Part shown: piece after piece, positions 38,517 to 51,133 of the stretch
Position numbering within the stretch: position 1 is the stretch's first letter
Layout of the letters: every line of letters starts with the position of its first letter
Assembly: GCF_000181795.1 (NCBI RefSeq)
Contig: NW_003526941.1
Span: forward strand, 3,594,472-3,658,471
Source: Trichinella spiralis
Taxonomy: Eukaryota
Length of the DNA stretch: 64,000 nucleotides
Direction of reading: 5' to 3'
Program-made: the position numbers and the translations under genes
The notes under the pieces: generated by a model
The model's database searches: none
Seen by the model: the letters and a program-made list of their open reading frames with translations, nothing else
Told to the model about the DNA's origin: nothing

Positions 38517-39997
38517 TGTTATGGCAAATATGGATAACGATCAACGTGCGTCTTACAGCGAGTACCGTTTTAATGGTCTTTAACAAATTATTATTTCATC
38601 ATAAGCGAATATAGTTTTAATTTTTACATCGTCTTCTTACGTGGCAATGAGTTACAAGAAGTCTCCTGTTCGCTCGCAACCTCCACAATGTGATGAACAG
38701 TTTCTAGTAGTCGTAGATATTTTAGGTAACCTTGTCCACAACTGACTTCAGCTGTTCGCTTAGAGCAGCGTTCCACGCCGTTGCTAGCTGTTCCTTATTC
38801 ACAAGAACCATTGTCATCACAATGCAAATCTTCTTCCATAATTGGTGCATTTAATAAAAGCGATTTCGGCATCAAATCTGCGTCAATACCGACGCGTGGT
38901 TCTTGACCAAACATCAATAAGTAGGGACTTTGTTTCGTAGTGGCATCAACGCTGATGTTAATCTGCCACTGTATGAATTTCAGTCCAAGGGACCATCTGT
39001 CTGAATCGTTGTCTCTCATCCAAATTGCAAGCTTCTCCTTTATTACACCATTTAATCGTTCTACCTCTCCCTGCCTATGTGGATGACGGGGTCGACCATT
39101 AATAAAATTCGTTTCCGGCCATAAGTATCTTAGCTCAGCGATGAGAGAGTTCACGAATTCACGGCCGTTTTCGGACTGCAGTATGCTAGGGGCTCCAATC
39201 AGGAGAAAAACGTCAAGGAGGTTGTGAGCCACCTCTGCGCTGCTTTCAGACGTCAGTGGCCGCAGGACGCAAAATTTACTAAAATGGTCAACATAAGTCA
39301 TTACATAGTTGAACTTGCCATCAGGCAGCGTTTGGTAGTTGATCAAATCCACTTGTCCTCTTGACATGATGCTACTGCTAACTATTGACTTTACTACCAA
39401 ACTTTTGGGGATCTTCTTTTTTCGTTTCAGTTGACAGTCTTCACAAAAGCCTATGTAAATTTTGCATATCTCCAATGTGACGTTGGCCCATTTCTTTTGT
39501 ATCTCCAAAAACGTCTTCCTTTCTCCGCCGTGACCAATACGCGAATGGGCATCCCTAACGATGGAAAACATATCTTCTAATGTGGCAATTTGTCGAATTT
39601 CGTCATTTTTTCTTTTTCGAATCAATTTACGCTCTTCTCCAACAATAAGCAGTTCAAATCGTTTCTTGAGGTTGTGATCACCTGCAGACGACGTGCCCTT
39701 TGTCTTGATCCGAAGAAGATCGTTCACAATCTTGTCGTATGTTGCCCGAGAGTATATCACGTTGTTTCCAGATTTTTGATTCACAATTTCCTCCAGCCTC
39801 TTATCAAACTGTTCTTTCATATCCATTGCCACGCATGATCAGTAATACGAAACGGCAGAAACGTTGTTCATCTCCACATCAATGCCATCAGTGAATGATA
39901 TGCATGTTATACGTGCAATAATGTTAAGTTTGCGTTTTTTATATGATGTGCACATTTTTCAAATTATAGTTGCCAAATGTTAACATTTGTCATAACA
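38517..39997 (-). mobile_element. Ginger/KRBA2-SCAND3-like integrase-type DNA transposon, decayed, with 13-bp imperfect terminal inverted repeats
   Basis: Left end TGTTATGGCAAAT (38517-38529); right end reverse-complements to TGTTATGACAAAT (39997-39985). The termini are TGT...ACA, flanked by TATA and TATT, and enclose the integrase ORF. Confidence 0.75.
38795..39826 (-). CDS. KRBA2/SCAND3-like DDE integrase-transposase ORF, probably defective
   Basis: H2C2 zinc motif HSRIGH...CEDC, RGQVDL, YVDHFSKFCVLRPL, ILQSENGREF, GRPRHPHRQGEVERLN and SPYLLMFG. Premature TAA; remnants of the Cys-rich tail are frameshifted downstream. Confidence 0.85.
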   Translation of the reverse strand: MDMKEQFDKRLEEIVNQKSGNNVIYSRATYDKIVNDLLRIKTKGTSSAGDHNLKKRFELLIVGEERKLIRKRKNDEIRQIATLEDMFSIVRDAHSRIGHGGERKTFLEIQKKWANVTLEICKIYIGFCEDCQLKRKKKIPKSLVVKSIVSSSIMSRGQVDLINYQTLPDGKFNYVMTYVDHFSKFCVLRPLTSESSAEVAHNLLDVFLLIGAPSILQSENGREFVNSLIAELRYLWPETNFINGRPRHPHRQGEVERLNGVIKEKLAIWMRDNDSDRWSLGLKFIQWQINISVDATTKQSPYLLMFGQEPRVGIDADLMPKSLLLNAPIMEEDLHCDDNGSCE

Positions 39998-40250
39998 TAT
40001 TTACCTTTTTCAAAATTCATGTTAGTTTATCACTTATTGTAATAATAAATAAATTTAAAAATTTTATTATCATGTATAATTATTATTTTTAATTTAAATA
40101 AATTTATTTTATTAGGAATTCATTGAAATTAAAACGTTTTTCTTAGTGCTTTTACAGAATACCAAATATTACTTGATTGTAGAAATTGGAATACGGTAAA
40201 CAGAAGTCGGTCAGTTGGTATCAGTTGAGTGGCTTTGTTGCGAGTTAAAC

Positions 40251-41002
40251 ATGCTGTTCATTTGTTTATTATTTTCAATTCTTTTTGTAACATCTTCAAA
40301 ACAGCTACTTGGAGGTGAAAATCCTCTTGATGTAGACAATGACAAAGTGGAAAGCTTGGCTTTCAGAGCGCTGCAACAAGAAAACATGCGAAGCAATAGC
40401 CTTAACCACCTTGTACTTATACGCGTTAAAGATGCCACAAGTCAAATTGTTGCTGGAATAAATTACAAATTGACTATATACGTTGGTGAATCAGAATGTT
40501 CAAAGAAGACAGTAAGTGAAATGTTAAATATTTTTTCAATTCATGAATTGTTTTCATTATTTACTTTTTTAATCTCTGGTGATAATTATATATTTCAAGA
40601 TGAAAATTATATAATCGATGAATCATCTTTTGTTTGTCTCTTTTCATTAATGAAACATCATCCATCAATCAGAATCAATTGCCTCTTCGTTTGGCTAGAT
40701 TTTTCAGCTTTAACGCTGACACAGCGTTGCACATTTCAAACAGTTGTTTGTTTCAAACCGCACACATTATTTTTAGAGCTATTTCATTTTCTCAACGTCA
40801 TTTGAACGTTTTCAATGATTGTTTTTTTTTCTTATTTCAGGTGTCAGCACAGGATGCACATCAAAACCGATGCAAACTTGTTAGTGGTGATGATGCACGT
40901 TTATGCAAGGTTACCATCCACGAGAAGCCTTGGCTGAATGTATTTGAAGTAGCCGATTTCGACTGCACAAGTGTACCGCGAGCCGAGGCTCTTCAAGCGT
41001 GA
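40251..41002 (+). CDS. Secreted type-2 cystatin (cysteine protease inhibitor); exons 40251-40511, 40841-41002
   Basis: Signal peptide MLFICLLFSILFVTSS, LLGG, QIVAG, KPW and paired Cys (ECSK..NRC, LCK..DC); GTAAGT/TTTCAG intron in phase 0. Confidence 0.93.
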
Positions 41003-42973
41003 ATTTCGTTTCTTCTTTAGCATGGTTGTTTGTTGTCAAGTGTTTTTGCTCTTTACAACAACAATAGTACAGCGGAATTACTTAGGGTCCGGTACGCTAA
41101 TTTTTTCAGTTATTACACAGCAGTATGCAAATCGACATTTTTTTTCTAAATTTTTAGCATATTTATTGTTGCATAAATAAAAGAGTTGCTGATTAATCGC
41201 TTCACAATATATTTCTTTATTGTGCATATAAATGAAGTAGATGCATCATTACAAACTGTAAACGAAAATTCAAAAACATGAAAAACCTTTCTACTCAACA
41301 AATTAATTGATTGATTGATCCAACGATAATTACACAAGTAAATGTCGAAAAATTTCCAAAAAATATTTAATAACACAAGCCATCATAAAATTTGAATATG
41401 TAAATTAAAAAAGCAGGGGGTCAAGAAGAGAAAAAAGAAGATAACCGTTTTCTTTATAATAAATTGTCGTCATTGTTGCTAAAATCAGTGTTCTGGAGGG
41501 GGGGGGGGGAATTTCACTTAATTTGAAAAAAATAACCCCAACAAAATTGAAAGTGAGCAAACAACAAAAATGAATATATATATATATATATATATGATGG
41601 GCGGGAATCTGCTTTTACTAAACAAAATTCTGTCAGCCGAATAATGATAATCACTATAACTGAATTTCTTTCAGATATGGAAAGTCACAAGCAAACACAC
41701 GAGCGATTGCACAAAAATTGAATAAATAAATAAATAAATGTATGTGTATGTAAATATCTGTTGTAACTGAAAACAGTACAATCCATAACATTCATCAGCA
41801 ATAATAGGGTATATTTTTTCAGTAGAAAACAACAAAATAAACCAATGCGATGTGTGTGTGTAAACGAAAAGAAAAAATACTGTAGATATAGATAGATATA
41901 TATATATTTATGTATGTAATATAATAATATAACATTCGTTGAATATAGTCTTGAAAATTAGCCAATCAATACATATAGATTGAAGAATGTCGGCAGCAAA
42001 ATATAGTAGAGAGAATACGAGTAGCCAAAAAAAACAGAGAAGAGAAAAAAGTTCACGTCCGACATCACATCATTCACGACAAGCCAGCCTACAGTGAAAA
42101 AAGAATAAATATACTATACATACAAGCCGACCGTCCGTTTGTCTGCCGCCGTCTCTGTTCTGCTCTGCCAATTGTCGACTCTGCTGTCAGTTAGTTGGAG
42201 TGGAGCATTCCAACAACACTATCTATCATATAATAGGGACAAAAACAAAACAACAAAAAAGAGAAAGCCAAGAAAAAGTGCACGAAAAAAACCATTATTT
42301 TTCTTTAAAAATACGTCAATTAATGAAAAATATTATTTTTTTTCTTTTTAAATTATTATCAACAATATTATTATTAATACTATTACTATTACTATTACCA
42401 TTAATTATTATATATTTTCAAGCGTTCAACAGTACATTTGAAAGAAACGTGAATGCTGATCTGCGCATCATCATTAATCAGTCAAATCAATCACGAATGA
42501 ATGAAACACTCGATTCTACTCACCGAAGTGAAAGCAGTCTGTGATGGATTTAGCATTTTTACCTGGACGTGGCGAGCAGTGCAATCGTGAGCTAAAGGAA
42601 GAGAGCTCGCGGACGCCTTTCTCGCTGGTGCGGCAAGGGTGTCTAATGCGAAAACAAGTCTCAGAAAATTTACACTAGCAAAAAGGCACAACGTCATGAC
42701 TGCGATACCAACAGTAGTAATGAATAATGGCAAAAATTCAAGAGGCAATGCAACGGAAAGCAACAGGTGAAGTAAGTGCACATGACGAAAATGGTTTAAC
42801 CGCAACACCTCTCACTCTCTCTGTAATATAGTTTACAACACTCCCCTCCCCAGCCCCACCCTTTTCTTGTCTTAACTTTACGTATGGATGGCAGCGACAC
42901 GTAACGGTAACTTTTCACATTCGTTGTATAATATGTTTTCAACCATTTCAAAAAAACTTACCAAACTCTTCTT

Positions 42974-45900
42974 TCAATACTGAGTTGCATATGGATATGG
43001 TTGGGCAGCTGGTGCTGTAGGCTGTTGACCATATCCGTACTGGCTCTGCGGCTGAGAATATGGATATGTCTATATACAAGCATAATTACACATACACACA
43101 CAGAGATGCATTATTTTCTTAAACTGTTCACATTTAAGATTATTTTTTTTCTATTTTTTGCTACCTGAACAGGAGTAGAGCCTGGAATTTGTGATGATTG
43201 CTGCACATTCTGTGCTTGATTTCCCAAAGCTTGTGCTTCCAATATCGCGGTGGCTTGATCATGCCTGCCAATTGTACGGTAATACTCAATCCATTGAGCT
43301 GTATAATCAGGTTGTCCTAAAAAGGTCAATATGTCACATTTGGATCGACATGATAAGCAATAAATTAGACCTCATTTTACCTGTCTGTGGATTGATAGAT
43401 GGTGACGACTGATTAACGGGATTTGGATTTGTAGCTGCAGCTCCAGTATATGCTTGACCATACTGGAAAAAGATGCAATTTTAATAAATAAAATAACAAA
43501 CTATTCTTTCCACATACCGGAACGCCGCCACTTTGCTGATAATACTGTGCGTAATATGCTGCCCACGCAGCCGGATCTTGTGAACCAGCTCCAGGAGCTG
43601 CTGCATTTGCACTTGGGTCTCAAAGAAGAAAACAATGAATACAACATTACTATTCATTTTAAACAATCTTTATATAATCATACTGTAGCTTGGATATGGA
43701 TAACCCACTTGTTGTTGTTGCTCAACTGTTGGAAATGGTGGAACTGGTGTGCCTGGTGGTATCTGAATAAAACAAATCACCTCTCATTGATGTGCAATGC
43801 ATCATCGTTTATCCTGTATACTAAATCGGAAAAAACTTACATCACCAACTTTAATCCTTATAAGATGTGTTGCATGATTGATCTGATATGGTGTTCCTCT
43901 TATGACAAACACTTTTTCCCAGTCGTTCGGCGCCGTCTCTCGAGAAAGTTCCACACGCGCACCACTATCCATGTTGATTTGTTTGATGGTTTCTCCTCCT
44001 GATTAAAAAGTTAATGCAGTTACAGTTAATGGGGTAAAAGAGAACGTCGACAATATTTACCTTTGCCGATCACCAAGCCAGTTTTATTCGCGGGAACATG
44101 CATGTAAAATATGTCTGAATCGCAACCCTGTAAAAACAATTTTAACATAAAATATCATAAAAAAAAGGAAAATGATATTTTCATGTAGTTGAAAATTTAC
44201 ATCAACACAAAATATGTCAATGAGAACTTCATCAACCTTATTATAGACGCTATCGTGAAAAAAAACAAACATCAAAGTGTTTTTCCTTCAACAGCGTCAT
44301 CATTTCAATGATTAAAGATATCAAACGTACGAAAAAAATACTTCAAAATTACAACAGTCATAAGCACTTTCTTCCAATAAAACCGACTTAAAATTAATTT
44401 AATTATTCAACAAAAAAGTTGACGCTATAATGGTCTCGAATGATGAACCAAGTTAAAAATCAAGGTTATATATTACCGCCGATTTGTTGACCAAATCTGT
44501 TATCATTCTTGTTGCGCGGTCAATTTGCTCCATTGTACCCGAAATTACTGCTGTTCTTTCTGGAGCGTTATGATCTTCTTGAACAAAAAGAAACACAATA
44601 CAAAATATTTATTAAACTTTTAAAGTAAAATATTACCTCCAATTTTGAATTGAATTCTTGCACCGGATTCAGAAGTTAAACGTCGAATTGTTTCACCACC
44701 CCGACCGATGATACTGCCAACTGCATGCTTGGGAACAATAACCTAAAAATTTAAGAAATTACCAAATAAAATTGAAAAGAAAAACCAAACAAACGTACTT
44801 CGCCGATCTTCTTACTGGCATCAGTCAAAGAGCCATATTCATTCATATCATGTTTGGAATTCATAATTTCTTCAATTAACTGCTTAGCGTACTGAAGAAA
44901 ACAAAACAGAATAATCTTACACGATAGAAAACAAAGAAATAAAGGTTTCAAATTACTTCAACTTTATTAGGTTCACCAATAATTCGTAATGGCTTAGGTA
45001 AACCAGATGGTTGGTTGCTTTCTTGAATCATGACCATTTTCACTCCCGCTCTCTCTTGAAGACTTTTTATTGTTTCACCACCTTTTCCAATAACTAAACC
45101 ACACTTTGTCCCAGGTATAAACATTTCCGTGGTTATGGTCTTATCGCTGCCGGCGGCACCGCTGCCGCTGCTTGAATAAAGTACTGACGGTCCATTGGAT
45201 CCATAAACAGGTTGACCGCGTGACAGTGACATAGTTTCTCCAGCTTTCGTCACAATAGATGAAATCATCTGCTTGGCTTTCCTGCAATATAAACAATGAT
45301 GAATAAGATGATCTACAGAAAAACGTAAAATGAAAAATGAAATGAAATAATAAGCAAAATTCTAACTCGACAGAAGAACTTGGTCCGGTTAGCGTACATC
45401 CGCGCATTGGTTTACCGTTTACATCAAAGGGTGGAGCTAAAGATGGAATGTAGAAATTATAACCCAGTAAAAAAGCATAATGCTCCTTTACTTTGAGACA
45501 TCTGAACGCGACAGCCGCTTTCACTCTGAATCTGATTAATGCTCTCTCCACCACGACCGATAACTAAAACAATTCAGGGAGTTTGAATTGAAAAATCCAA
45601 CTATAAAATTTACTTAAGCCAACACAACTATCTGGAACTTCAAGATGATCAATAATAACAGAATCGGGACCGTGATTATTTCTTAAAAAATAAAATTATG
45701 AAAAATGTTAAAATCAAAAATCAGGTCAAACCCCAGTGCCGATATGGGATTTCCAGGCATGTTCAAACGTTTTGCAGGCGTGTCTAAATAAAATCAGACC
45801 TTGAACGGGCTTTTAAGACGTCATTTAAAAGGCTTTACCCTCTCCGTTATCGTGAGGACGTTTCGAGGGATCGTTTGTGCGAACTTCTGCAGCTAACTAT

Positions 45901-46090
45901 ACAAAAAAAAATAAACAATGACAAAAATGCATGCGGAAAACCAAGCATGCAGTTCTACCAGAAAGGTGAAAAAAGAAGATTATAATTTATGTTAAATATG
46001 AATAAAAAATGAAGTTTCAATGACCCTGACCTCACGCGCGCGCTTCACTGCATCAGCAAAATCAACCTGACGAAGCTGATCTGAATCCAT
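42974..46090 (-). CDS. FUBP1: Far upstream element-binding protein / KSRP / PSI family KH-domain RNA-binding protein, multi-exon
   Basis: N-terminal [13 protein letters not shown] motifs [49 protein letters not shown] and [19 protein letters not shown]-terminal [14 protein letters not shown] repeat. The paralog label is arbitrary. Confidence 0.9.
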
Positions 46091-46752
46091 TAGTGAAAAA
46101 CGCTTAAACAAAACACCAACAACTGGAACATCAGACAGATCAACAGTAAGAACGACAGACATTGCCTGAAGATCATGTGCGTCATCAAATTACAATTACT
46201 TCAACTTTAATAGTTTATTTACAAAAAATCAACTATTCAATAATTTGATTAATTATCATAACACATTATTTGCTATTTAAAAATTTCGCTGCATTTCAAG
46301 ATGAGATAAAAACTACATTTTTATGACTTACAAAAGGAAAGTAGCACACAACTTATGTGCATTTATATTTTTCAGCAATCGCAAATAGTACATTATAATT
46401 ATATTTTAAGTAAAAAAATCAATACAACATTGTTTAAAAAAATAATAAAATAAAATCACTTCTTAACGCTATACGGTAGAAAGTACAGTATGAAAAAACG
46501 CATAATGCAGTTCAGGCATTTAGAGACGTTCAGCTTTGGAACAGTACGACTAGTTATTTAAAAGAAAATTAAAACAAAACTATTAATAGAAATTTTTATT
46601 TTAATTTATACAAAGAAAATTAAAATGAACGATGACATTTAATCAACGTACTTGTTGGAAATTAATGTTTTAACAAGAATATTCTATCATTATCACTACC
46701 ATATTTCAAATTATGGCAAGAAAGTTTAACCTTGAATGGAATAGCGATTAAT

Positions 46753-46780
46753 TAATAATAATAATAATAATAATAATAAT
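46753..46780. repeat. (AAT)n microsatellite
   Basis: About 9 perfect AAT units. Confidence 0.9.
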
Positions 46781-47781
46781 GTCCCCAAACCATCATTTAA
46801 AAAGTATTTTGAAATCGAATATCATGTATTTATTTATTTCGTTACATTGCACATAATTATGATGTTGAATATTCTCAAATATAGAATTTAGCATAAACAA
46901 TGTTTGAAAGAAGTTCAATTGCAAGAGTTGTTTCGGTGAAAAAGAATTTACCAGAATATATGCACTGCAAAAATTCTAATAATTGGTGATATAATGTAAG
47001 TTTAATTCAATTATAAAATAAATTATGTTTACAGCATAAATTTCGTAAAACAGACATGTTTCAAATGATGAAAAATCGTGAGCACGTCGCAGTAGAAGTA
47101 AATATTTATTTATTGTTTTATTTTCAGAGTAAAATTTTGTGACGATAGTAAATAAATAAGGATAAGATAGATGTAATTTGAACTATTCAGTTGCTGAAAT
47201 GTATTGTTATCAGTCAGTAGAGATTTGAGCATATTTAAGTGGTAAAATGAAATTTGTTTTTGAAATAAGCAAATGAATAATAAAATTCGGTGGTATAATT
47301 TTGAATTAACAATTGATTAAAATTGATAAATCGACGATATGAATTGAAGAAAACCCGTTGCCAGGACAACAGTAAAGACAGACAGTTGAACAGCGGATGA
47401 AGAGCAAGCAATCTGTTGACCTTCAGGTACTGAAAGTGATTCCGAGGAGGTTGGCCAGTTGTATTGGTTATCGGTTGTGTTTTGTCAATAGCCGATTTTT
47501 GAAAAGCATCAGGCAATTTGATAAACAAAATTTTAAATGAGTTGAAATTGAGGTAATAGCGCAGGTGACGTAGATGAGATTTTTGCCAATTGGAGTAACA
47601 TAAGCTGAAATGAACTTTGTTGATTTAAGCTGGACGTATTTAAACCAACGATTGTCAATTTTGTTCCATTTGAACACATGCATACAAACAGACAGCATCA
47701 GCCACACGTTGCGCGTAGAATTCGTTCACCGCTTTTGACTGCACAAAATTGGCGGATATTATTTGTTTTTGCATAATCGCC

Positions 47782-50025
47782 ATGATCAGCTTAGCTTTGT
47801 CCAAGCTCGGTGGTGAACAAAAATCAAAGCTCGCTTGTCATTCGACAACAACAACAACACTGGCCAGTTACAAGTTGAAAGCTTTCCAAAAGCGAAGTTT
47901 GCATGTGACGTCGTTGGACAAATCGTCGTCAAATACACCAAGTACACGTTTGGATGTTGAAGATGACGATCAAAGTGCCAAATTGACCAAATACAAGAAG
48001 AAGCAGAATGTGAGCTTTCAACAACATGTCCAACTGGAGCCGTCGAAGAAGAAGCAGAACGATGAAAAATTTGCATATTCACAGCAATCCCCCTCGACGC
48101 TATTGAAACGTTTCGGTGATAATGATATGCAAGATGATGAAGATTCAAATTGCAGCGTCGGAACTGAAAGTTCAATTACTACTACTAGTAGTAGTAGTAG
48201 TAGTAGTGCTACTTCAAATAGTGTTCATTGTTCCAGTCCACTCAGGGGTACGTTGAGCCAGTTCATCGTAACACGGTCTTGTTCCAATCATGAAAGATTT
48301 TGGCGATGCAGGCCATTGACCAAATGGACTATGGCTGATATAATTGCTTGGCTTCGCTATTTACAAATGGAACACGTCATTTCGATTTTAATCGGTAAGT
48401 TATGTAAATTTTATCCTATCGTTTCTATTAATTAACTTTAACAATTTGATTTTTCAAAAGAAATTTTTTGTATGGATGAAATATTTTTTTTTCTCAACTA
48501 TCAAAATATATTTTTCTAACAGGAAAAATGAGTGAATTTTATTTATTTATTTATTAATGAATTTCAGGTAAAAATTTCATTTTAATAAAGAAAAAAACCA
48601 AGGAAAACGTAAAAATAATGACGTATTTGGCAAATAATTCGTCAATTAATACCGATTTCAACAACAAAAGTGTTAAGAGCTGAAATTTAAACATAAAAAA
48701 CAATATTGACATTTTAATTTTCTTTTCTATTACAGTATTTTGGTACACATGTTTAATAGATCATTTTAACATTGGTATTATTCTTTGAACTTTTTTCATA
48801 TTGTGAAGTGAATTGATTGTATAAATTAAATTTTATAAATGTTCTACTTCTGCTTATAATTCTAATAATAATTGTTTCATTAAAGTTTCTGCCTGTTGCA
48901 AATTACATCGTAATCGTCATTATCAAATATTAATTTAGTCAAAAATATCATCAGTTTGTTGCGTGTGTTGAATTTGTTCAACATTATTTCGTAAATTGAT
49001 AGGTAAATATAGTTTTGCGTTGAAATTTCAACTGGTTTGAGATACTTTATACTCGAGTATGTTGGTATTTTTGAAACGTTGTTGTTGATGCAGTTTAAAA
49101 ATGAAAAAATCTTTGATTTGAACAGTGATTAATTTGAAAATTGTTTGTCGATTGAAAATTTTTGAAATTTGAAAGAAATTAGTTGAGAAAAGAAAATTCA
49201 TTTTTTTTTCTTAATAGCGACGTATTGAAACAATGTTGATCAAGTAAGAATAATAATAATGTTTGAATAAAAGATTCTTAGGTGGAACTTGTTTTCTGTA
49301 AATAGAAAGATTTTTGAATTTTTGACATCAATTTCAGGTTATGATCTGAAAGGTGAAGATTTATTGCATTGGGATGAAAATATATTAAGTGAGTAGTATA
49401 TTGAGAGGATGGAAAATTGACAAATGATAATAACAAGCAAGCTATTTAAATAATTCTAGTCGATTTTGGCATTTCTGATGAAATTACAAGGAAGAGAATT
49501 TTGCTTGAATTGAAGAGTCTACGTGAAAAATGCAAGCTAACAGAATGCTGCAATTCGAAACCGGCGACAAACAGCACCAGCAGCAGTAGTAGTAGCAGGT
49601 CGCCGCATCCGCTTTATCCATTATTAACAGATATCAGATATGAATCGATGAAAGCCATTTCTGTTGCTGCTCATGTTCCATTGGAAAATCTTTCGGTAAC
49701 CGAACTCGCAAACGGTGCTCTGGCTGTAGCTGAGGAAAACTTTTATCTCGACTTGAAGCCGGGCGATATGTAAGTGCAAGATTGATCAACTTGCTTACAA
49801 TTGAGAACAAAAGTTGTCTTCTTCTATTTCAATGATTTTTTCCATTAAATCAATTATATAAATGATAATACATATTAATTTATATTTAGAATCGTCGAAT
49901 TGAATGGAATCAGTTGCATCGGCATGTCCGAGGTGAAATTTCAAAAACATTTGGCACGTTGCCAAGGAAATCAGCAACAGCTCGTCGTGCTGAAACTAGC
50001 GCATCGTATTCAACACAGTCGATGA
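47782..50025 (+). CDS. SAM-domain + PDZ-like scaffold protein (5 exons inferred); 5' and 3' ends uncertain
   Basis: SAM: KWTMADIIAWLRYLQMEHVISILIG|YDLKGEDLLHWDENIL|IDFGISDEITRKRILLELKSL. PDZ-like: LKPGD|IIVELNGISCIGMSEVKFQKHLARC...LVVLKL. All junctions are in-frame GT-AG. Confidence 0.7.
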
Positions 50026-51133
50026 TCTGGTTGACTGGTAAAAAAAATTCAGTTCAATATTTATTTCCTTTGCTGCCCAACTTTATTTTTGCTCATTCGT
50101 ATATGATCAAATTATGTGTAATAATAAAAAAAAATATATATGAATATCGAAGCGGTGCAAGGTCAAACAAAGTACAAGTTTTGTTTTACAGACAGAGATA
50201 TGCTTGTTGACGTTTTCCTCATGGTCAAAAATCACATCTAATTAATTTTTTTATACTTTCAATAGAATAATTAAAAAAATACGTTCAAAAAAATGTGAAG
50301 TTTTAGGTTTTTCATTTGACGATATCATGATGAAATATTTCGTTTTTAATTGATTAATTAATTAATTAACTGACCGTATGGATTAAAAAAAATTAAGTTG
50401 ATTTTTTTTTCATCGGTTGGAGTGGAAATTTTCGGTTCGAAAAGTTCGTCGATCTTGCAGAACAAAAGTGGAAAAAGTAATCAGTAAAATTGACCAAAAT
50501 TGAAAAAACCGGTTTTTCAAGATGACCTCAATCGATCAACACGGCAGGAGTGCGCGATACCTTTTTTCCAATTGACGACGCCAAATAGGGGGCAATTATT
50601 TTTTTTTCTTATTCAAAATCACCATATAAATAACAGTCGGTTCACAAATGTATACTTCTTATTGATTATTGTAATTTGATGCACGAAACAAAAAATCAAC
50701 AATAAATTGAAAGTAAGTTTATGATAATTTATATTTTCATGATTTATTGGTGAAAACAATTTCAGACGGCAACAAAAAAAATCAATAAATCCAGCAAAGA
50801 ATGTTGCGCAATATGAAAGAACAACTTTGCACTATGGAACCGTTGAAAATCCCGAGGCCGCAGTTCGACGGTATGAAATTTGTTCATCTGAATGAAAATT
50901 ATGGTTTCTATATGACAATAAAAAATGACAACCTCAAACCAATGGACAACAACAACAATAGTCAATTGTATTCAAAAACTGTATTCAGTCGTGAAAACAA
51001 TTCGTCGTACAACTTTCGACAAAAACAACGCAAATGATATTTGAAAAATACCGCCTATACATTTCCCTGAAAATACGGTACGGTGTATTTTTCAAAAACT
51101 TTTCTCCACTTATTCAAATGTTACATTATTTTT

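Noticed and set aside
42491..42808. 105-aa hydrophobic ORF on the - strand
   Set aside because: Non-ATG start, no motif, and it lies in the probable FUBP 3' UTR.
43454..44002. 182-aa + strand ORF
   Set aside because: Antisense to FUBP exons and introns, with no protein-like features.
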